Of a DNA stretch of 20,012 bases, positions 14,955 through 20,012 are shown piece by piece; the stretch's first letter is position 1; each line of letters opens with the position of its first letter. Source of the stretch: Candidatus Methylomirabilia bacterium (lineage in GTDB: Bacteria; Methylomirabilota; Methylomirabilia; Rokubacteriales; CSP1-6); the NCBI GenBank assembly GCA_041496385.1, contig JBGQEL010000079.1, positions 1 to 20,012 of the forward strand, read 5' to 3'. The notes below the pieces were generated by a model, which was not told the DNA's origin, ran no database searches, and was given only the letters and a program-made list of their open reading frames with translations. Made by a program: the position numbers and the translations under genes.

Positions 14955-17492
14955 GTTCCCGATCTTCACCTTCCCGCCGCTCTGGACCGCCACGAGACTG
15001 CCCGTGAGGCTCGTGAGCGGCGTCGTCGGCGTGAGCGGCACGCCGTTGATCTTGATCGTGCCTGTGCCCGTCCCCGACGCGAGCCCGCTCGTGATCCGGA
15101 AGCTGTCCGCGGGCCCGGAGACCGGGATGCCGTTGATGATCGCCGTCGGCAGGATGTTGTTGCTCACGCTCACGAGATTGCCGCTGCCGGTGAAGTTCAG
15201 GAGCGATGAGCCGATGCTCGCGCTCGACCCGCCGGACACATTCAGGAGCAGGCCGTTCCAGATGTTCAGCGTGCTGCCGTTGGCGAGCGAGGCGAGGCTA
15301 CCGGCGAGGTTGAGCACGCTGCCGCCGGCGACGTTGGCGAAATGCCCGTTCACGGTGAGCGTGCTGCGATCCAGGTTCACGAGCGCCACCGCGTCGTTCG
15401 GAATCGAGACCTTTGCGTTGCGGACGAGGTCCAGGAAATTGGAGCCCGTCGTCATGCTGGAGCCGGCGGCCATCTTGAGGAGCGGCGCGGTCGCCTCGAG
15501 GAGCGCCGTGTCCACGCGGAAGGCGTTGCCGCGCACATTCGCGACGGCGCCATCCGTCGCCTGGAACACCGGCGACTCCGCCCCCGGCTGGATCGGGCGG
15601 TCGCTCCCCACGGTGAGCCCGGAGTCGCCGTCCGCCTGGGTGCGGTCGGCGCGCCCCGCGAGGTCGAACAGGTGGCCCACGCCGCCGGTGCCGACGTCGA
15701 GCGTGCCGCCGCGCATGGAGACGAGCGGCGTGCCCGAGCTCGTCTGGACGATCTCGGCGCCGTCGCGGAGCCGCACGAAGCTGCCCGCGGCGCTCACCTG
15801 GCTGTCGGACATCTGGAGGAAGTCGCCGGCGGTCGCGACGCGCGTGCCGCTCAGTGAGAAGAGAGCGTCGCCCCCGCTCACGACGGTGTAGCCGTCGATC
15901 GTGAAGACGCTGCCGGCCGACTGAAGCTGCTCGTTCGTCGAGGTGAACAGCGGCCCGGCGAGGGTGAGCGTCGTCGGGGGATCGTCGATGAACCGCTCGA
16001 TGTTCGCGATGACGGGAATCTCCGCCCCGCCGCCGCTGAACCAGTTGACGTCCATCAAGAGCGCGAGCCGGCCCGAGCCACCGACGAGGCTCCCGCTGTC
16101 CCAGACCGCGCCGACCGCGACGCCGCCGGCGCCCGTCGCCAGGACATTGGCGCCCGCCACGCCCACGAGGCCGCCCGGCGCGCTCGGGCTCCAGAAGGTC
16201 AGCGTGTTGGGACCCGTCGTGATCCCGCCAGCGGCCGTCGCGTCGAAGGGGTACGGCCCGTTGACGTCGCCCTGGCTGCCGATCGTGATGCCGGACCCGC
16301 CGACGACGACCGAGCGGACGAACGTCGTGAGCGAGGCGTTCATCACCTCGCAGCACGGGCGCTCACCCGTGAGGAAGACGCCGCGGCCCAGACCGAGGAA
16401 TGACGCCAGACGCGTTTGTTCAGGCGCCGTGAGCGCGGTAAACGCGCTGACGTGCCAGATCGTGCCGAACGCCGACAGATCGGCCGGCAGCGTCGTCGTG
16501 TTCATAGTCACGGTCTTGCCGAGGCCACGAAGGTCGGTGGCGAGCTGGGCCGTCGAAGATCCAAAGTCGCCGAAGATCAGGAGGCCCGTCGGCGTTCCGT
16601 TCGGCTTGAAGCCGCCGACAATCGGGGGCGGGGGGGGCGGCTCGTTCTTCGGAGGGTTACAGACGGCAGGGTTGAGGCTACAGACATCGAGCACCGGTTG
16701 GGGTCTGGGGATCGGTTGGTCCCAAACGGGACCGCCGCCGCCCATCGCCGGGAGTCCGCCCTGACCGAAAGTCCCGACGGTCGCGTCCTGCGCATTTTCC
16801 TTGGCCCCGTTCCCGCCGCCCGCCATGTTCTTCGGCCCGGTGCCCAGTCCCGAGAGCGCCCGCTGGCGGTCCTGCACCGACATGTTGCCGAACTGCGGCG
16901 GCTGGTTACCCATACCCCTCGCGAAGTTCCCGGGGCCGATAGTGAGCGGGTTTCCGGCGCGGAAGGTCGCGATGACCTGCCCCGTGAAGCCGAAGATGTG
17001 TGTGACGACGCCGCCGATGGCGCCCCCGGCCTGCGCCGTCGTGCCCTCGACCTCGACAACGAACGTGGTGCCGCGGACTGCGGCGATCGCATTCGGCGTC
17101 TTGACTTCGACCGACTCGCCCGGCCGCATCCGGTCCTTCGCAACGGCGACGGCGATCTTCCCTGTCTGGAGCTCGATCGTGGACTTGCCCGGCACCTCGG
17201 TGATCGTCAGCGCCGAGCTCTCGCGGACCGTCACGACGGCCTTGCCGCCGAGGAGCAGGCGCACGATCGAGCGCTCGCGCGTCACGATCCGGTCGTTCTG
17301 GAAGACGTCGTCCTTGAACTTGAGGTCGACCGCCTGCGGCTGCGCGATGCTCGCCTTGGTCGCCGTGCCCTCGAGGTTCGTGACGATGCCGGCGGGCTTT
17401 GTCTGCGCCTGCGCGGTCTGTGCCTGCGCGAGGCCCGGCGAGAGCGTGACGACGAGCAGCAGAGCCAGGACGGGCCGGATGAGCTTCAGCAT
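14952..17492 (-). CDS. Large secreted FecR-domain protein with a Pro-rich linker and a Gly/Ser/Asn/Leu-rich beta-helix-like C-terminus
   Basis: Signal peptide ending AQA. FecR motifs LKFKDDVFQNDRIVT, VEVKTPNAIAAVRGTTFVV. A poly-Pro linker leads to an alpha/beta domain (LIFGD..DLSAFGTIW..GVFLTGERPCC) and then repetitive beta-strand pattern. Alternative start at 17504. Confidence 0.82.
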   Translation of the reverse strand: MLKLIRPVLALLLVVTLSPGLAQAQTAQAQTKPAGIVTNLEGTATKASIAQPQAVDLKFKDDVFQNDRIVTRERSIVRLLLGGKAVVTVRESSALTITEVPGKSTIELQTGKIAVAVAKDRMRPGESVEVKTPNAIAAVRGTTFVVEVEGTTAQAGGAIGGVVTHIFGFTGQVIATFRAGNPLTIGPGNFARGMGNQPPQFGNMSVQDRQRALSGLGTGPKNMAGGGNGAKENAQDATVGTFGQGGLPAMGGGGPVWDQPIPRPQPVLDVCSLNPAVCNPPKNEPPPPPPIVGGFKPNGTPTGLLIFGDFGSSTAQLATDLRGLGKTVTMNTTTLPADLSAFGTIWHVSAFTALTAPEQTRLASFLGLGRGVFLTGERPCCEVMNASLTTFVRSVVVGGSGITIGSQGDVNGPYPFDATAAGGITTGPNTLTFWSPSAPGGLVGVAGANVLATGAGGVAVGAVWDSGSLVGGSGRLALLMDVNWFSGGGAEIPVIANIERFIDDPPTTLTLAGPLFTSTNEQLQSAGSVFTIDGYTVVSGGDALFSLSGTRVATAGDFLQMSDSQVSAAGSFVRLRDGAEIVQTSSGTPLVSMRGGTLDVGTGGVGHLFDLAGRADRTQADGDSGLTVGSDRPIQPGAESPVFQATDGAVANVRGNAFRVDTALLEATAPLLKMAAGSSMTTGSNFLDLVRNAKVSIPNDAVALVNLDRSTLTVNGHFANVAGGSVLNLAGSLASLANGSTLNIWNGLLLNVSGGSSASIGSSLLNFTGSGNLVSVSNNILPTAIINGIPVSGPADSFRITSGLASGTGTGTIKINGVPLTPTTPLTSLTGSLVAVQSGGKVKIGN

Positions 17493-17576
17493 GAGCGCCC
17501 CCATCGGACGCGAAGCGTCCCGCGACGTTCGAGAGAGTGACGGGTCGCCCCGACCCGTCGAGATCGAATGCTGAGT

Positions 17577-17605
17577 ATTCTCGGTGGAACAGCCGGTGGT
17601 GTCAA
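17577..17605 (-). promoter_or_regulatory. Sigma70-type promoter of the FecR-domain gene
   Basis: On the minus strand, a perfect TTGACA (17605-17600), a 17-nt spacer and GAGAAT (17582-17577). Confidence 0.55.
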
Positions 17606-17723
17606 CGCCTTCCTTGACCGCATCCGGTTGAAATCACGCGCGTATTCCGGAAACCAGACGACCGTCGCCCCGCCGAACACTTCTCCGTGCCAACGCCCGC
17701 ATCTATGGAATAGAGTGGCCCAC

Positions 17724-19853
17724 ATGAGCGGATTCCGGAGGGCGGCGCTCGAGTTCGCGGGCAGACTCCGGGCCGGCGTCGGAGCGGCCCTTGTGGTAGT
17801 CGCGTTCGTATCGATCGGATACGTAGGACCTCTTGAGAAGTGGTCGCTCGAGCCAGTGGAGAAAGGGTGGTTCGACAGACTCTTTGAGCTTCGTGGTGCG
17901 CGTGCGCCGCGGGCGCCCATCGTGATCGTCACGGTGGATGACTCGTCGTTCTCACAACTCGACACCCAGTGGCCTTTCCCGCGCGCAATGCACGGCACGG
18001 TTATCGACCGGATCAGCGCCGGCCGGCCGCTCGCGATCGCCATCGACATGCTTTTCGATACCAAGTCGTCGCGCGGCCCCAGGGACGACAAGGCGCTCGG
18101 GGCGGCGGTCGCGCGGGCCGGGAACGTCGTGCTGGGTGCCATGCCCATCAGCGAGGGGCAGGACCTCTATGCGGCGCCGGGCACTGGGTACAGGCTATCT
18201 GACCCTAACTTACCGATCTTGGCGATCCGCTCGGGGGCAGCCGCTTACGCGGCTGTGCAACTCCCGCGCGACTCGGACGGCCACGTCAGACGCGGCACCA
18301 CGATGTTCGTGGCGAGGGACGCCACCCTAACGATGCCTACGTTCGACGCCGCCATCTACGGGGTCGTTGCTCGCGCTGGATTCCCGGCGGCGCCGCTGCC
18401 TAGCTCGCGCACCTTCATCATCAACTTCCGCGGTCGGCCGAAGACCTTCACGTGGATCCCGTATTCCCAGGTGCTGCGCGGCGAGGTCGAGCCCAAGACG
18501 TTCAGCGGGAAGATCGTGCTGATCGGACCGACTGCAGACATCTTCCACGACGTGTTCCCGACGCCATTCTCACGCAACGGCTTGATGCCCGGTGTCGAGC
18601 TCCACGCCAACGCGATCGAGACGCTCTTGAGCGGCAACGCCATCAGGGAAATCCCCCAATGGGCGAGCACCCTGCTTGCGGTCGTGGTGGCGCTCATCGG
18701 CGCGCTGCTCGTCGTGCGGCTCCGCGCGCTTCGCGCGTTTTTCGCTGCGTTGGGGCTCTGGCTCGCCCTCGCACTTGCTGTCGTCTGGGTCTTCGCGCTT
18801 CTCGACGTCTGGCTGCGCAGCGTTGCATTCACTGTCGCCGTAGTTCTCGGCTACGGCGCGACCGTGGTCGAGCACTTCGTGCGCGAGCAGCGTGAGAAGC
18901 GGCGGCTCTCGCGCTTCTTCTCAGCGGACGTCCTGCGCGCCGTCTTGCGCGACAAGGACGAGCGGAAGAGCCTCGGCGCGAGCCGCCGCCTGGTCACGGT
19001 GCTCTTCTCCGACCTCCGCGGGTTCACCTCCATCTCGGAGAAGCTCCCCCCGGAGCAGATCGTCGAGATGCTGCGCGAGTACCTGACCGAGATGACGGAA
19101 ATCGTGTTCAAGAACGGCGGCACCGTGGACAAGTACATCGGCGACTGCGTGATGGCCCTCTACAATGTGCCGTTCGAGGACCCCGAGCACGCGATACGGG
19201 CGGTCCGCACCGGGCTCGAGTTCCAGGAGAGCACGCTCGCCGCCGCCGAGCGCTGGCAGGCGAAGTACGGCGTCTCGATCCGGAACGGCGTCGGCATCAA
19301 CACGGGCGAGGCCATCGTGGGCACGCTCGGCTCGCAGAAGATCTTCCAGTACACGGCCATCGGCGACACGGTCAACCTGGCGGCGCGCCTGGAGTCCATC
19401 ACGAAGGACTACCACGCGTCGATCATCATCAGCGAGTCCACGTACGAGTACGTGAAGGACAAGTTCCCGACCCGCGGGCTCGGCGAGGTGACCGTCAAGG
19501 GTAAGAGCGTGCCCGTGAAGATCTTCGCGGTGCTGCCGCCCGACATCCGTAAGTACCCGCGCGCCGCCCTCGACGCGGGCGCCGCCCTCACGAACGCCGC
19601 CACCGGGCAGATCTGCCAGGTGCGCACGCGCGACATCAGCGAGGGCGGACTCGCGCTCGCCGGGGTGCCGGCCGACTGGACGATCGGCAGCAAGGTCGAG
19701 ATCAAGATCGACGGCGGGGACCTGCTGAAGCCGATCATCGCCGAGGGCACGATCGCGTGGCGCCGCGGCGACGACGCTGGCATCAACTTCACGCAGGTCG
19801 AGTCGGACTCCGTTACCGAGTACGTCGCGGGCCGCGGCCGCAAGGGCGTCTAG
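17724..19853 (+). CDS. CHASE2-domain class III adenylate cyclase with a C-terminal PilZ domain
   Basis: N-terminal TM, CHASE2 motifs (IVIVTVDD, QWPFPR, GKIVLIG, MPGVELHANAIETLL) and 3 TMs. Cyclase motifs LFSDLRGFT, DKYIGD and YTAIGDTVNLAARLE; PilZ motifs RKYPR and DISEGG. The start is taken at MSGFRR. Confidence 0.92.
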   Translation: MSGFRRAALEFAGRLRAGVGAALVVVAFVSIGYVGPLEKWSLEPVEKGWFDRLFELRGARAPRAPIVIVTVDDSSFSQLDTQWPFPRAMHGTVIDRISAGRPLAIAIDMLFDTKSSRGPRDDKALGAAVARAGNVVLGAMPISEGQDLYAAPGTGYRLSDPNLPILAIRSGAAAYAAVQLPRDSDGHVRRGTTMFVARDATLTMPTFDAAIYGVVARAGFPAAPLPSSRTFIINFRGRPKTFTWIPYSQVLRGEVEPKTFSGKIVLIGPTADIFHDVFPTPFSRNGLMPGVELHANAIETLLSGNAIREIPQWASTLLAVVVALIGALLVVRLRALRAFFAALGLWLALALAVVWVFALLDVWLRSVAFTVAVVLGYGATVVEHFVREQREKRRLSRFFSADVLRAVLRDKDERKSLGASRRLVTVLFSDLRGFTSISEKLPPEQIVEMLREYLTEMTEIVFKNGGTVDKYIGDCVMALYNVPFEDPEHAIRAVRTGLEFQESTLAAAERWQAKYGVSIRNGVGINTGEAIVGTLGSQKIFQYTAIGDTVNLAARLESITKDYHASIIISESTYEYVKDKFPTRGLGEVTVKGKSVPVKIFAVLPPDIRKYPRAALDAGAALTNAATGQICQVRTRDISEGGLALAGVPADWTIGSKVEIKIDGGDLLKPIIAEGTIAWRRGDDAGINFTQVESDSVTEYVAGRGRKGV

Positions 19854-19887
19854 AAGGCCCGCCCGGCGCCGGCCGCGGCGCGCCCGC

Positions 19888-20012
19888 TCAGGCGCCCGTC
19901 GAGCCGAAGCCCCCGGCGCCGCGTGCGCTCGCCGGCAGCTCGTCCACCTCGATCAGCTCGGCGCGCTCCACCCGCTGGACGACGAGCTGCGCGATGCGGT
20001 CGCCCCGCCGGA
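19888..20012 (-). CDS. dut: dUTP diphosphatase, 3' part (truncated by the window)
   Basis: Manual translation [40 protein letters not shown] contains dUTPase motifs 4 and 5. Confidence 0.93.
   Translation of the reverse strand, partial: RRGDRIAQLVVQRVERAELIEVDELPASARGAGGFGSTGA

Noticed and set aside
14952..15975. C-terminus of the FecR protein as an autotransporter barrel
   Set aside because: It lacks the aromatic-rich amphipathic strands and terminal aromatic residue (ends KVKIGN); it looks like a passenger beta-helix instead.
16624..16640. G-run (G5-C-G8) as a possible phase-variation tract
   Set aside because: It encodes the poly-proline linker in frame, is short and interrupted, and is unremarkable at this GC content.
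17500..17560. GGACGCGAAGCGTCC resembles the GGACGCAAAGCC core of c-di-GMP-I riboswitches
   Set aside because: The upstream GCAAACC/GNRA stem is missing, and the match lies on the strand opposite to the gene it abuts.
17675..17695. TGGCACG on the minus strand, a perfect sigma54 -24 box upstream of the FecR gene
   Set aside because: There is no GC at the -12 position (it reads AGTG), and a sigma70 promoter explains the gene better.
1280..19843. Many long overlapping ORFs in the track (for example 1280-2413, 2167-3804, 5486-6607, 11268-13037, 13334-14827, 14170-15891)
   Set aside because: They are antisense or off-frame shadows of well-supported genes, are Arg/Ala/Pro-rich, have no motifs, and are expected at this GC content.
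1..20012. CRISPR arrays, tandem repeats, IS elements, integrases, tRNA or rRNA genes
   Set aside because: No regularly spaced repeats, transposase or integrase motifs, or structural RNA signatures were seen on reading the sequence.

Overview
A very GC-rich (about 70% by eye), gene-dense chromosomal window from a diderm bacterium. The orphan twin-arginine 'MDRRAFV' substrate-binding protein and the small Cys4 membrane protein suggest Rokubacteria/Methylomirabilota, which is inference only. From left to right: (1) an operon of a 5'-truncated SAM-methyltransferase-like protein, a core-only cobalamin-independent methionine synthase and a MetF-MetV fused methylene-THF reductase; (2) an orphan Pal/OmpA lipoprotein; (3) a coupled TetR-PaaI thioesterase-mandelate racemase-like-RibH2 operon divergent from an alpha/beta hydrolase, with an LmrA/YxaF-type operator between them; (4) a SYLF gene remnant and a small Cys4 protein behind a sigma54-like promoter; (5) AlaX, an ABC substrate-binding protein, Tam, an FAH-family enzyme and a Cys-His hypothetical protein; (6) a three-gene envelope module of a TPR/beta-barrel (Slam-like) outer-membrane protein, a large secreted FecR-domain protein and a CHASE2 adenylate cyclase with a C-terminal PilZ domain; (7) the 3' end of dut. 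The best candidates for undescribed systems are the trans-envelope cAMP/c-di-GMP module (13312-19853) and the methionine/methyl-transfer operon (1-3984). No rRNA, tRNA, CRISPR array or mobile element was seen.
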